Source: Escherichia phage vB_EcoP-U8. From it: a stretch of DNA of 40,294 bases. Positions 27,056-37,211 of the stretch are shown one piece after another. Made by a program: the position numbers and the translations under genes. Below the pieces are notes generated by a model. The model saw only the letters and a program-made list of their open reading frames with translations. It ran no database searches and was not told where the DNA came from. Numbering within the stretch: position 1 is the stretch's first letter; the number at the start of each line of letters is the position of its first letter. The stretch lies in sequence record MT862763.1, one strand, 5' to 3'.

Positions 27056-27976
27056 CTACAGGCTTGAGGCAGCTACCTTAGCGCGAACTTCCATCGTGTA
27101 TTTAGCGTCACGCAGGTATCGCGGGTCACTCATAGCCTTAATCATGTCAGCCTTGGAGCTGAATGCTTCGGTCTGAGGAGCCTTAGGTGCGACCACAGGT
27201 TTAGCCTGAGTGGTGATGGTACGCTGAGGTTTAACACCCACAGCTTTACCCAGAGTCTTGCCAGCCAGATTCAGCAGAGCTTTGGTAGTCGCAATGTCCT
27301 TACGAACGATGGCAGCTTCCAATGCTTCACGAGTTGACGGGTCGTTGGACTCAAGGTGTGACAGGATGCGATTAAACTGTTCAGCACCACCAGCGTAGCG
27401 AACCACACCAGCGGCATACTGTTCAGCCAGAGCTTCCTGACCACGGACAAACGAATCTACGAAGCGCTTGGTGTAACCTGCTTCCTGCAACTTAGCGTAG
27501 GATGCGTCAGACAGCTTACCGTCCTTGGCGTATTCAGCCTTGATAGCGGTAATTTCATCAGCAGTGACCTTGCCAGCTTCTACAGCAGAAGACACCATGT
27601 CGTCAAATGCAGCTTCGTTTTCATCCAGAGCGGTGACACTTTCGGTCAGCTCTTTCGGTGCATCACCTAGTTCGACGAACTCAGGTTGTTCACCATCGGT
27701 ATCAGACTCTTCATCGTCATCGGACCCATGGTCTTCATCACCCTCAGTCTCTTCGACGTTCTCGTCTTCTTCGGTCGCCTCTTCCTGCTCGGCTTCCAGT
27801 TGCTTGAAGGTAATGGCGTCATCGCCATCACGGACAGCTACGTCCTTCTCCAGCATAGACTGTTGGTGTTCGTTAAGGTCCTCAACGGAGCCAGTGATTG
27901 CATTAGGGCTAACGCCGAACTCGGCATAAACTGATTGGGACATTAAGTCTCTCCTTTGGTAGTTAATAGGTAACAC
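27056..27976 (-). CDS. Capsid assembly scaffolding protein (gp9-like)
   Basis: 306 aa, highly acidic (D/E-rich) with coiled-coil character, between portal and capsid. Confidence 0.85.
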   Translation of the reverse strand: MLPINYQRRDLMSQSVYAEFGVSPNAITGSVEDLNEHQQSMLEKDVAVRDGDDAITFKQLEAEQEEATEEDENVEETEGDEDHGSDDDEESDTDGEQPEFVELGDAPKELTESVTALDENEAAFDDMVSSAVEAGKVTADEITAIKAEYAKDGKLSDASYAKLQEAGYTKRFVDSFVRGQEALAEQYAAGVVRYAGGAEQFNRILSHLESNDPSTREALEAAIVRKDIATTKALLNLAGKTLGKAVGVKPQRTITTQAKPVVAPKAPQTEAFSSKADMIKAMSDPRYLRDAKYTMEVRAKVAASSL

Positions 27977-28019
27977 CTGCCTCGTCTAGTTGACTCACCT
28001 AGAGTTGGACTTACGGTGT

Positions 28020-28042
28020 TGTTCCTATAGTGATAGTTTAGG
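28020..28042 (-). promoter_or_regulatory. Phage RNA polymerase promoter (phi9 position)
   Basis: CCTATAGTGATAGTTTAGG at 28024..28042; overlaps portal stop codon. Confidence 0.75.
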
Positions 28043-29606
28043 CTTGAGCCATGTCCTCACCAGCTCCCTGACCTACAGCAGCACCCATGTTAGCACCAGC
28101 AGCACTAGCACCTTGGACAACTGCCTGTTGTGACGACTGCTCAGCCATGCGCTGAATCTTCTCGTCTTGCGTCAGGAGTAGGCCAGCGGTGTCGATACCC
28201 AGAGCGTTCAGGAGTCGCAGCTTAAGGGTCGGCAAATTGATGTCCGGGTCCTGAGATAGCGGCTGAAGACCAGTCATCATGTTAACCGCCTGAGTCAGCT
28301 TCTCCAAGTCCTGACCACGGCCCAGAGCTTCCAGACCAGTTGAGACAGTAGGCTCTACCGCTTCTTTCGGAAGGTCAGGAATCATGCCAGCAGACTGAAG
28401 TTGGTTCATCAGCACACGGACGATAGGTAACTGAAGCTCTTGTGACTGTACTGAGTACACGCCACCTAAGGTCGCCTCCAGTTCGCCAGCAACATAACGA
28501 ATCTCTTCAGCAGTGACACGCTCTGCATTACGCTGAACAGCACTATTAAGAAGGAAGGCCCAGCCTAAACGTTGCTCGATAGCGTCAGCCACCGACTTGG
28601 CAATCGTAAAGTCCTGACCTTTCGTCAGTTGCAGGAAGTTGATGTCCTCAACGCGACCAGCCACGAACTCACCTGTAGCCGCCTTGTTCAGACGACGAGG
28701 TTGCGTGATACCGTTCGGGTTAACGAGGCCCACCACCTTGGAGGCTACCTTAGCCATTTTGGTGATAGCTTCTGTAATCGTCTCCAGCGAGTTAAGGTCT
28801 CCCAGATACTCCTCGCAGTAAGAACGACCGTAGTCTTCACCGTCCAGTCGAACCATTCGTACCGGGATGTATGGACATGCGGTCAGAGGATATGAACCAT
28901 CGGTCCCTGTTACCTCAATTCCTTCCACTTCCTCGTAGCGCAGATACTCGTCGTCCTGACGGTAGATGTGCGTATACACTTCCAGCTCGGTGTCAGGCTC
29001 ATAGTCGTCTGCATTGAGTTGAGACTTCACGTCTTCCGGTAGAGCACTGAAAGCTACCTTGTCGAGAGTCACAATCTGCAAGATGTTACCGAACGCATCA
29101 CGTTGAACAACGTAAGACACTAAGCGGTACATCCGCATCGGACTGTAAGTACCCTGTTCAGGCTCTGGAATGTAAAGCAGACAGTTACCGGAGACGATAA
29201 GCTGCTTCAGAGCTTCGAACAATGGCACACGGAAACTGTTAGTCTCCATGTAGGCCATCAACACACGCTCGACCATAGCAAGCCCTTCGTCAACACGAGC
29301 AGCAGCCTCTGAGTCCTGACTCAAGGTCTTGGCCTCATATTCGGAGACTGTCAGTCGCATCCACGGTGACTGAGGGAATAACGCCAACATCAGCTTTGCA
29401 GCCAAGTTGTTCAAGCAGCGAGCACCTACAGCTTGCCACGGAGTGGTATATTCAGTAGACGAGTTGTCTGATTCCTTAGGAAACAGTGACGGGATAGTGA
29501 CAGCAGCACAGTTCTGTGCGCGGGTCTCGTAAGGCTGTCGTCCGTTCTTCAATCTATCATAAACTGACTTAGCGCCTTCAGCAGCGAACCCTTCACGTTC
29601 AGCCAT
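28038..29606 (-). CDS. Portal (head-tail connector) protein gp8-like
   Basis: 522 aa; matches T7 gp8 as recalled (YETRAQNCA, ACPYIPVRMVRLDGEDYGRSY, GLVNPNGITQPRRL). Confidence 0.96.
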   Translation of the reverse strand: MAEREGFAAEGAKSVYDRLKNGRQPYETRAQNCAAVTIPSLFPKESDNSSTEYTTPWQAVGARCLNNLAAKLMLALFPQSPWMRLTVSEYEAKTLSQDSEAAARVDEGLAMVERVLMAYMETNSFRVPLFEALKQLIVSGNCLLYIPEPEQGTYSPMRMYRLVSYVVQRDAFGNILQIVTLDKVAFSALPEDVKSQLNADDYEPDTELEVYTHIYRQDDEYLRYEEVEGIEVTGTDGSYPLTACPYIPVRMVRLDGEDYGRSYCEEYLGDLNSLETITEAITKMAKVASKVVGLVNPNGITQPRRLNKAATGEFVAGRVEDINFLQLTKGQDFTIAKSVADAIEQRLGWAFLLNSAVQRNAERVTAEEIRYVAGELEATLGGVYSVQSQELQLPIVRVLMNQLQSAGMIPDLPKEAVEPTVSTGLEALGRGQDLEKLTQAVNMMTGLQPLSQDPDINLPTLKLRLLNALGIDTAGLLLTQDEKIQRMAEQSSQQAVVQGASAAGANMGAAVGQGAGEDMAQA

Positions 29607-29617
29607 TCGTCACCTCC

Positions 29618-29866
29618 TTATATAGAAATACCGCCACCAGATGTACGAGAGACCTGAAGGCTACGCTTACCGGAGCGCTTCACTTTCTTCTCGTCAGATG
29701 CGGTTGTTTCAGTATCCACATCCTCCACTTTGTCGTTCGGTACTTCCACTGGTGCTGCTGGGGTCTGAGCCTCAACAACCTTAGGTGCATCGTTAGAACC
29801 AAGACCAACGGTCCCTAAAGCACCTTTTACTACTTTACTGAAGGCCTTACTGATTGATTTACCCAC
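29618..29866 (-). CDS. gp7.3-like virion protein
   Basis: 82 aa; C-terminal SGGGISI as T7 gp7.3 (SGGGINI) as recalled. Confidence 0.7.
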   Translation of the reverse strand: MGKSISKAFSKVVKGALGTVGLGSNDAPKVVEAQTPAAPVEVPNDKVEDVDTETTASDEKKVKRSGKRSLQVSRTSGGGISI

Positions 29867-30281
29867 GGTTAATCTCCTTGTTCGTGCTAACGCACTTGGT
29901 TGTTACGATGTCTACCGACCCGGAAACATGCTTGACACGAGAATACCAGCCAAGACCCCAACGCTTGCACTCTTCGTCTATGATGTACCTGACAGTCTCA
30001 AGAACCTTGCGGGAGGACTGCGAGTCACGACGAATAGCGACGATTGAAAGGTCAAGACCGGGAGTCGGTCGGTGCCAAGATGTGGTAGCCAGCATGTAGA
30101 GATACGCTACTGGTTGACCTGAGACATCGTAGATTGTGTACTCTTCACCGTCGAACTCGTCAGCAATACGGTAAGTATGAGCCTTGAAGTCCTCGAATGA
30201 CTTGAAGTTAGACTGCCCGTCTTCCCAGAGGCGGCAGGCGCACATGTGGCGACCTTCGCGTGAGTTGAGATATGGTAGCAT
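29859..30281 (-). CDS. gp7-like protein (host-range protein position)
   Basis: 140 aa ORF between gp6.7 and gp7.3; positional assignment. Confidence 0.5.
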   Translation of the reverse strand: MLPYLNSREGRHMCACRLWEDGQSNFKSFEDFKAHTYRIADEFDGEEYTIYDVSGQPVAYLYMLATTSWHRPTPGLDLSIVAIRRDSQSSRKVLETVRYIIDEECKRWGLGWYSRVKHVSGSVDIVTTKCVSTNKEINRG

Positions 30282-30285
30282 TGTC

Positions 30286-30510
30286 TTACCCCATGTTTAC
30301 GCCAGAGGCTCGCATAGCGCGACTCACTGACGATTTATCTTTAGGTGCAGACTCCTTCTTAACCTTAAGGTCTTTGATACCTTTGGTCTCGTTGGTGTCC
30401 ACATCCGATTCGGCCCCGATGTCAACTGACGCAACTTCCTCACTCAGGGGTGCTGGTTCAGGTGCTTGGACCGAAGGCTTCGGAGTGCTAATCTTTGGAC
30501 TGAAACACAT
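30286..30510 (-). CDS. gp6.7-like virion protein
   Basis: 74 aa; N-terminus MCFSPKI matches T7 gp6.7 as recalled. Confidence 0.75.
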   Translation of the reverse strand: MCFSPKISTPKPSVQAPEPAPLSEEVASVDIGAESDVDTNETKGIKDLKVKKESAPKDKSSVSRAMRASGVNMG

Positions 30511-30524
30511 AGTCCCTCCTACAG

Positions 30525-30797
30525 TTAATCGAACTGAACGGTATCTTTCAGCTCACGACGCATAGCAATCGCAGAGTCGAGAGTGTCAGAACAATACTGG
30601 AGACCCTTGATGAACCCGGCAATGAACGCATCGCTGTAGCCTTGCTGCTTGAGGAGACTGATAGCTCCCATCTTCTCAGCGTAGCTTGCGTTGAACAGTA
30701 CGTGCAGGAACTGGATGGCAGACTGGGAGATGTTCGGGACATCAAGTCTTTCTTCCTGTAATTGCTTAACAACGTTTTCAATAGCATTAAGCGCCAT
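30525..30797 (-). CDS. gp6.5-like protein
   Basis: 90 aa ORF downstream of phi6.5-position promoter. Confidence 0.5.
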   Translation of the reverse strand: MALNAIENVVKQLQEERLDVPNISQSAIQFLHVLFNASYAEKMGAISLLKQQGYSDAFIAGFIKGLQYCSDTLDSAIAMRRELKDTVQFD

Positions 30798-30858
30798 CTT
30801 GAATCTCCTCTTTAAGTTAAGACTAAAGTCTATCTTATAGTCATATCTTAGGTCCTAA

Positions 30859-30881
30859 AGTCCCTATAGTGATAGTTTAGT
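30859..30881 (-). promoter_or_regulatory. Phage RNA polymerase promoter (phi6.5 position)
   Basis: CCTATAGTGATAGTTTAG at 30863..30880. Confidence 0.75.
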
Positions 30882-30933
30882 GTTTCACCTATGGATGACT
30901 GTTGGATTGATAGGATATGACTATCGGCTAGAC

Positions 30934-31026
30934 TCAGTGTTTAGGACGGTTGTTCGACCCGAACCACTTGTACATGCAGTAAAGGGCCAGAAGTCCGACC
31001 CAGTAAATTACATGGATGGTGTCCAT
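30934..31026 (-). CDS. small hydrophobic protein (gp6.3 position)
   Basis: 30 aa MDTIHVIYWVGLLALYCMYKWFGSNNRPKH; SD AGGAGG 7 nt upstream; overlaps gene 6 3' end. Confidence 0.4.
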   Translation of the reverse strand: MDTIHVIYWVGLLALYCMYKWFGSNNRPKH

Positions 31027-31880
31027 AGGATGACCTCCTTGGACTTAGGGTCGTAGTCGTAGGCTCGGCAAATACGAGCGACCTGAGCTTGGACCAGAAG
31101 TTCCTCCTCGGTCATCCCAGCTTTAGCAGCCAGAGTCACCATGCAGTCCCACAGCGTCATGTCGTCACGCTTTGGATACTTCTTCCACTCAGTCTTAATC
31201 TGGCCTTTGTTCTTACCAGTCTTAAGCTCACGGCTCTCCTGTACGAAGTAGTACGGCTCGTCAAGGAACGCGCGTGTGGTATCCTCACCCATCCCCGGAA
31301 TGCCACCGTAGCCATCTGTGGTGTCACCCTTGATGGTTTGCTCCATGTGCCAGTAGTCTGCCTCAGCAGTCGTATGACTCAGGATTTCACCAGTGGTTAA
31401 CCAGAAGAACTCACAGTTCGGGATGGTCTTGAAGTCCTTATCACAGGACACCAGAACAGCATGGTCACAGCCTACAATCTGAGGTCTGGTCCCGATGATA
31501 CCCATACAATCATCGCCTTCAAGCGTAGGACGCAGGAAGCTGTTGAACCGTGTGTCAGCCATCACTTCGGCTACGAACTTCTTGTAACCTACAGGCTTGC
31601 GAGAACCTTTACGGTTGGCCTTATAGGTAGGCAGGACGTCCTTACGCCAGTTGTAATCGTCAGTGAAGCACATCACAATCTTAGCGTCTTTCCACGCCTT
31701 GCGCTTCTTAACGATTTCAGCGATGGTGTTCTCAAGGATACGACGAGCCTTTGCATGGTCGCAGATAAGGGTATAAATATCATCGCCCCAATCTGTCTCG
31801 TCCTCAGCAGCAGCCATAGATGAAAACACTAAGTAGTCACCATCTAACACAAGAGCTATTTTCTTTTCGCTCACAGGCAT
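31008..31880 (-). CDS. 5'-3' exonuclease (gp6-like); start uncertain (ORF-track start 31928, alternatives 31880 or GTG 31874)
   Basis: Matches T7 gp6 as recalled (CDKDFKTIPNCEFFW, KGDTTDGY, TLWDCMVTLAAKAGMTEE). Confidence 0.9.
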   Translation of the reverse strand: MPVSEKKIALVLDGDYLVFSSMAAAEDETDWGDDIYTLICDHAKARRILENTIAEIVKKRKAWKDAKIVMCFTDDYNWRKDVLPTYKANRKGSRKPVGYKKFVAEVMADTRFNSFLRPTLEGDDCMGIIGTRPQIVGCDHAVLVSCDKDFKTIPNCEFFWLTTGEILSHTTAEADYWHMEQTIKGDTTDGYGGIPGMGEDTTRAFLDEPYYFVQESRELKTGKNKGQIKTEWKKYPKRDDMTLWDCMVTLAAKAGMTEEELLVQAQVARICRAYDYDPKSKEVILWTPSM

Positions 31881-32080
31881 CCTCCATGTTGGTTCAGGAA
31901 CTTGGTGCCAGCAGCGGTAATCTCCCACGCACCGTTGTTACGCCCGTCCATAGACAGACAGCTCAGATGTCCACGACTCGCAGCCTCAGCCACCAGTGCC
32001 GCATTGTTGCGCACGTAGTTGGACTGGAAGGTCTTCGGGCAGGACTTAAGGGCCGCTAGGACCCGTAAGTATTCACTCAT
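31871..32080 (-). CDS. gp5.7-like protein
   Basis: 69 aa; MSEYLRVLAALKSCPKTFQSNYVRNNAALVAEAASRGH nearly identical to T7 gp5.7 as recalled. Confidence 0.85.
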   Translation of the reverse strand: MSEYLRVLAALKSCPKTFQSNYVRNNAALVAEAASRGHLSCLSMDGRNNGAWEITAAGTKFLNQHGGCL

Positions 32081-32370
32081 TGCTTGACCTCGAATCGCAG
32101 GTTAGATACTCCGAACTGGTCATAACCAAAGTCGTCTACCAGCTCCTCCTTGATGGTCTTCTTGAGGGCAATTTCAAGGGCAGACTCAGGGCCTGACTCG
32201 ATTGCGGTTTTGACCAGAGCCAACTGAAGACCATCCAGCTTCTCACCCTCAGCGTAGGCTTTAGTCATCTCAGCCAGTTGGCGACACATGGTATCTTCTT
32301 CCTTTGAGTTAACAACCATCTTCAGATCAAAACTCACACGAATACGTTTAGTAATAGCCATTAGTGACAC
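32077..32370 (-). CDS. gp5.5-like protein (H-NS-binding protein family in T7)
   Basis: ATG at 32368-32370 with SD AAGAAGGAG; MAITKRIRVSFDL...EVKQ resembles T7 gp5.5 as recalled. Confidence 0.8.
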   Translation of the reverse strand: MSLMAITKRIRVSFDLKMVVNSKEEDTMCRQLAEMTKAYAEGEKLDGLQLALVKTAIESGPESALEIALKKTIKEELVDDFGYDQFGVSNLRFEVKQ

Positions 32371-32786
32371 TCCTTCTTAACAAGTTTGCGCTCACGGTTC
32401 GTCTTAATGACGTGTTCGCGTTTTGGAATACACTGTAGATGCTCTATGTTGCAGCACCCACGGTTCAAGCACAAATGGTCTATTTCGTAGCCATTTGGTA
32501 TAGGTCCGCGCCTCTGCTCCCACACCCATCGGTGGAACATGAAGGCGAACTTGTTGCCCTTCCTGTAGCTTCCCATGGAGTACCGGAAGTACCCATCTTG
32601 GTTCCTCTTGTGGGACACGCAGACGATACATCCGGTAGGCATGGTGTGGAAGCGTAGGGTCTGGGTTCGAGGGTCAATGACACTCTTTCCACGTTGGTCC
32701 AATCTTACCCTCCGTATCAAGTTCACACTTGAAGTTATAGAAGCGTCCGACCTCGCGCATCGCCTCTTGAGCAATACGGACGACAT
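32361..32786 (-). CDS. HNH homing endonuclease-like protein overlapping the 3' end of the DNA polymerase gene
   Basis: HRWVWEQRRGPIPNGYEIDHLCLNRGCCNIEHLQ HNH motif; ATG at 32786 has SD GGAG, overlapping pol by 113 nt in another frame; an internal Met at 32642 has no SD. Confidence 0.75.
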   Translation of the reverse strand: MSSVLLKRRCARSDASITSSVNLIRRVRLDQRGKSVIDPRTQTLRFHTMPTGCIVCVSHKRNQDGYFRYSMGSYRKGNKFAFMFHRWVWEQRRGPIPNGYEIDHLCLNRGCCNIEHLQCIPKREHVIKTNRERKLVKKECH

Positions 32787-34845
32787 CTTCTGCTATCTCC
32801 TGAGTACGGCACGCTATCTGCAATTCATCGTGAATCCAAGCCATTAGCGCAAAGTCGCCGTCCCATCCGTTACCGTAACCAGCCTCTTCAAGTTTCTTCT
32901 CAGTCAGTACCATCCAGTGCTTACAGACAACCGCACCGTCCCCCTGAAGTAGGGCGTTAAGTGCTGAGTGTGGAGACCGGATGTGAATACGACGACCATC
33001 CAGACCTTTCAGCCAGCGACGTTTCCACTTGACGATATTCTCACCGTCCACCCACTTAGAGTCTGAGATTAACGTATTACTCACAGCTTCCCTGAGGTCC
33101 TTGATGGCTGGTGTACCCTCAATGAATTTCTTCATCAGAGCTGAACCTTCCTTCTTACCACCGCCTACTATCAGTCCAATCTTAGCGGCCCCTGCACCAT
33201 ACAGGAACGCGTAGATGAACGTCTTAGCGTTGTTACGGAAAGCCTCATGGTCGTGGTTAGACTTATCGCGTTGGACGTTAGGTGCTAACCCAGCGTTTAC
33301 TGCGTTGGCCCAGTGGATGTCACCTTCTACCACAGTCTTCGCATATGCACCACCATCAAACGGAGCCGCTCTGTTCCCAAGACAACGAAGCTCAAGACCT
33401 GAGGCATCCACACCAACTTGAATCCAAGGGTCTGGCTTACCGTCCTTCTTGTTCCACGCTGCACCGAAAGCACCACGGCAAGTCTCACCATATGGAGCAC
33501 CGTTAGCCGGGACCTGAGCCATGTTTGGTGAACTATGGGTCGCACGTCCGGTTACTGCCCCGCATGGGTTTATTGAGCCGTGCATACGTCCGTCTGGACC
33601 TACAAGTTTCAACCATGCGTTCTTACCTTCAGCAGCCTGACCGATGCGCTTCTGGACGACCAGATATTCACGGACCAGCTCTACGCAAGCCTGAGCCTCT
33701 GCGTCTGGTAACTTAACGTGTTCTAACGTCTCGTCATCGACTACAGGTTTCCCGGTGTCAGTGAAGTCTACAGGCTCCCAGCCACGCTCCATCAGGACTT
33801 TCGCTAAGTGGTCTCCGCTTCCCGGATTAAACTCAACGTAAGTGATTGGCGTGAAAGGCGCTCCTTCCATCGTGTCTCGCGTATCACGCTCACAAGGTTC
33901 AAGACCTAAGCGTTGAGCTTTGTTCTTCGGCTTCTTAAAGATGCCACCGACCTTAGGATACACGACTCGCGGATACTTCGGAAGGTCCTTGCCAGTCCGT
34001 GGGTGCTTGAAGAACTCCTTGCCTCCCTTTGGTGCGTACCAGCTACCGAAAGTCGAACGCAGCTTGTCCAGCAGCTCTGCACGTTTGACGGTTAGTTCAC
34101 GATATAAGCCTTCGACCATCTCGGTGTTCATCGGATAGCCGTTACGTTCCATCTTCGCACAGGTCCACGCAGCATCATGTTCCAGACGCAACGCATAAAT
34201 CTGGTCGAAAGCGAACTGTTCAGACTGGAAGTAATACTTGTCAGTCAGGAACTTCTTGAACAACGCCAGTGTGACCACAACGTCCTGAACGTTATAGTCC
34301 AGCATCTCCTGAGACGGGAACAACCATTCGTCCCCAGCCTTATATTCGATACCTTCTGCCTTGCACTTGGCAACGTAATCGTGTTTGTACTCACCCTTCA
34401 TCTCACCGAGACGATAACCCCAAGCCTCAAGAGACTGGCGTCCCATCATCTTAGGAGGCAGACGACCAGCTTTCACCGCGCCCATGTCTGAGAACTTAAT
34501 GTTGGGATACATCAAGCGACCCAGCACCAAGGTATCAATCATCTTGTGTTTCGGGAAGTTAAAGCGTTTCCCGAAGTACAGACGCTTCAGCTTGTCAATA
34601 GCCGGGACGTCATAGTTGATACCGTTGTGGAATACCAGCATACCATCAGGTGATGCGGCAATCTCTTCCACCTTCTGCACATACTCTTTGAAGCCACCGA
34701 CGATACCGACCATCGGAGCTACCCCATACTTAAGGGTCTCATTCGACTCGGCGTTAATCAGGACCCCACAGTGAAACTGGGAGACTGTATCAAGGAGACC
34801 GTTGGTCTCGATGTCAGAACCCCAGATACTCTTAAGGTCAAACAT
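32674..34845 (-). CDS. DNA polymerase (T7 gp5-like, family A with 3'-5' exonuclease)
   Basis: Collinear with T7 gp5 as recalled; start set at MFDLKS (GGAGG SD) rather than ORF-track start 34881; ends ...KECH. Confidence 0.97.
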   Translation of the reverse strand: MFDLKSIWGSDIETNGLLDTVSQFHCGVLINAESNETLKYGVAPMVGIVGGFKEYVQKVEEIAASPDGMLVFHNGINYDVPAIDKLKRLYFGKRFNFPKHKMIDTLVLGRLMYPNIKFSDMGAVKAGRLPPKMMGRQSLEAWGYRLGEMKGEYKHDYVAKCKAEGIEYKAGDEWLFPSQEMLDYNVQDVVVTLALFKKFLTDKYYFQSEQFAFDQIYALRLEHDAAWTCAKMERNGYPMNTEMVEGLYRELTVKRAELLDKLRSTFGSWYAPKGGKEFFKHPRTGKDLPKYPRVVYPKVGGIFKKPKNKAQRLGLEPCERDTRDTMEGAPFTPITYVEFNPGSGDHLAKVLMERGWEPVDFTDTGKPVVDDETLEHVKLPDAEAQACVELVREYLVVQKRIGQAAEGKNAWLKLVGPDGRMHGSINPCGAVTGRATHSSPNMAQVPANGAPYGETCRGAFGAAWNKKDGKPDPWIQVGVDASGLELRCLGNRAAPFDGGAYAKTVVEGDIHWANAVNAGLAPNVQRDKSNHDHEAFRNNAKTFIYAFLYGAGAAKIGLIVGGGKKEGSALMKKFIEGTPAIKDLREAVSNTLISDSKWVDGENIVKWKRRWLKGLDGRRIHIRSPHSALNALLQGDGAVVCKHWMVLTEKKLEEAGYGNGWDGDFALMAWIHDELQIACRTQEIAEDVVRIAQEAMREVGRFYNFKCELDTEGKIGPTWKECH

Positions 34846-34864
34846 GGTTAATCCTCCGTTTAGT

Positions 34865-34905
34865 CTAATCATAAAGGCCACTCTATGTGAATGACCTTTA
34901 GTCTA
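34865..34905 (-). promoter_or_regulatory. Conserved leader stem-loop element, copy C (candidate RNase III site upstream of gene 5)
   Basis: CTAATCATAAAGGCCAC-N-ATGACCTTTAGTCTA immediately upstream of pol RBS. Confidence 0.4.
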
Positions 34906-34908
34906 GAC

Positions 34909-35072
34909 CTAGAAGTCTGTACGCAAGAAGTGGTACATAAACTTCCGGTTAGCTTTCTTCCATGCCTTAGAGTCGAACCTCTGGTCTCCCAGAATGTTGG
35001 ACAGGAAGGTTGCTTCATCGCTCCACCATTTGTACATGAACCGATGGTAGCGAGCTTTAAGTTTCTTGAACA

Positions 35073-35073
<1 letters not shown>
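34909..35073 (-). CDS. hypothetical small basic protein (gene 4.3/4.5 position)
   Basis: 54 aa MFKKLKARYHRFMYKWW...; ATG preceded by GAGGAGGAGGAGGAGG. Confidence 0.45.
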
Positions 35074-36831
<1,758 letters not shown>

Positions 36832-36842
36832 TCACTCCTTAG

Positions 36843-36921
36843 TGGCGTCTCCACGGGGATTCGAACCCTAATCGCAATAGGCCATCACGACCCGCCGCTC
36901 TACCGTTTGAGCTATGGAGAC
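36843..36921 (-). tRNA. tRNA-like gene (anticodon arm atypical; possible anticodon CGU)
   Basis: RC: GTCTCCA TA GCTC AAACGGTA GAGC ... TAGGG TTCGAAT CCCCG TGGAGAC G CCA; perfect 7-bp acceptor stem, U8, canonical D-arm, T-loop and CCA; anticodon stem imperfect and region 3 nt longer than standard. Confidence 0.6.
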
Positions 36922-36966
36922 ATTTCTTAATCTCAAATGCGAACAAAGGGACAAGACTCGTGGTCT

Positions 36967-36989
36967 CATCCCTAAGGTGATAGTTTAGC
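36967..36989 (-). promoter_or_regulatory. Variant phage promoter upstream of tRNA-like gene and gene 4
   Basis: CCTAAGGTGATAGTTTAG at 36971..36988 (RC CTAAACTATCACCTTAGG, two changes at -4/-3). Confidence 0.55.
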
Positions 36990-37197
36990 TGAAGAAGCCT
37001 TTCAGTTGCTCGGCTTTCTTGTCAAGACCTTTGGCACGTAGGCCAGCGTCCAGAGACTTGATGCGCAGACTATCCGCTTCCGCAGCAGCCGCTTCCGCAC
37101 CTTTAGCCGCAGCAGATGCGACTTTTCGTTCCACACTCGCAGCACGAGAATAGCCACGCACAACCAGACGACCCAGAAATTCAATAAGTTTAATCAT
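36985..37197 (-). CDS. hypothetical Ala/Lys-rich small protein
   Basis: 70 aa ORF between amidase and gene 4. Confidence 0.5.
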   Translation of the reverse strand: MIKLIEFLGRLVVRGYSRAASVERKVASAAAKGAEAAAAEADSLRIKSLDAGLRAKGLDKKAEQLKGFFS

Positions 37198-37211
37198 GTT
37201 AATTCTCCTTA

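Noticed and set aside
27525-27929. Plus-strand Ser-rich 134-aa ORF inside the scaffold gene
   Set aside because: Antisense shadow of the acidic scaffold gene (Glu/Asp codons read as Ser on the other strand).
32640-32642. Internal Met as start of the HNH gene, avoiding overlap with the polymerase
   Set aside because: No Shine-Dalgarno upstream, whereas the upstream ATG at 32786 has GGAG at good spacing; kept as an alternative only.
32674-34881. Possible group I intron interrupting the DNA polymerase gene
   Set aside because: The polymerase ORF is continuous and collinear with T7 gp5 through the C-terminus, so there is no sign of an intron; only the downstream HNH gene is present.
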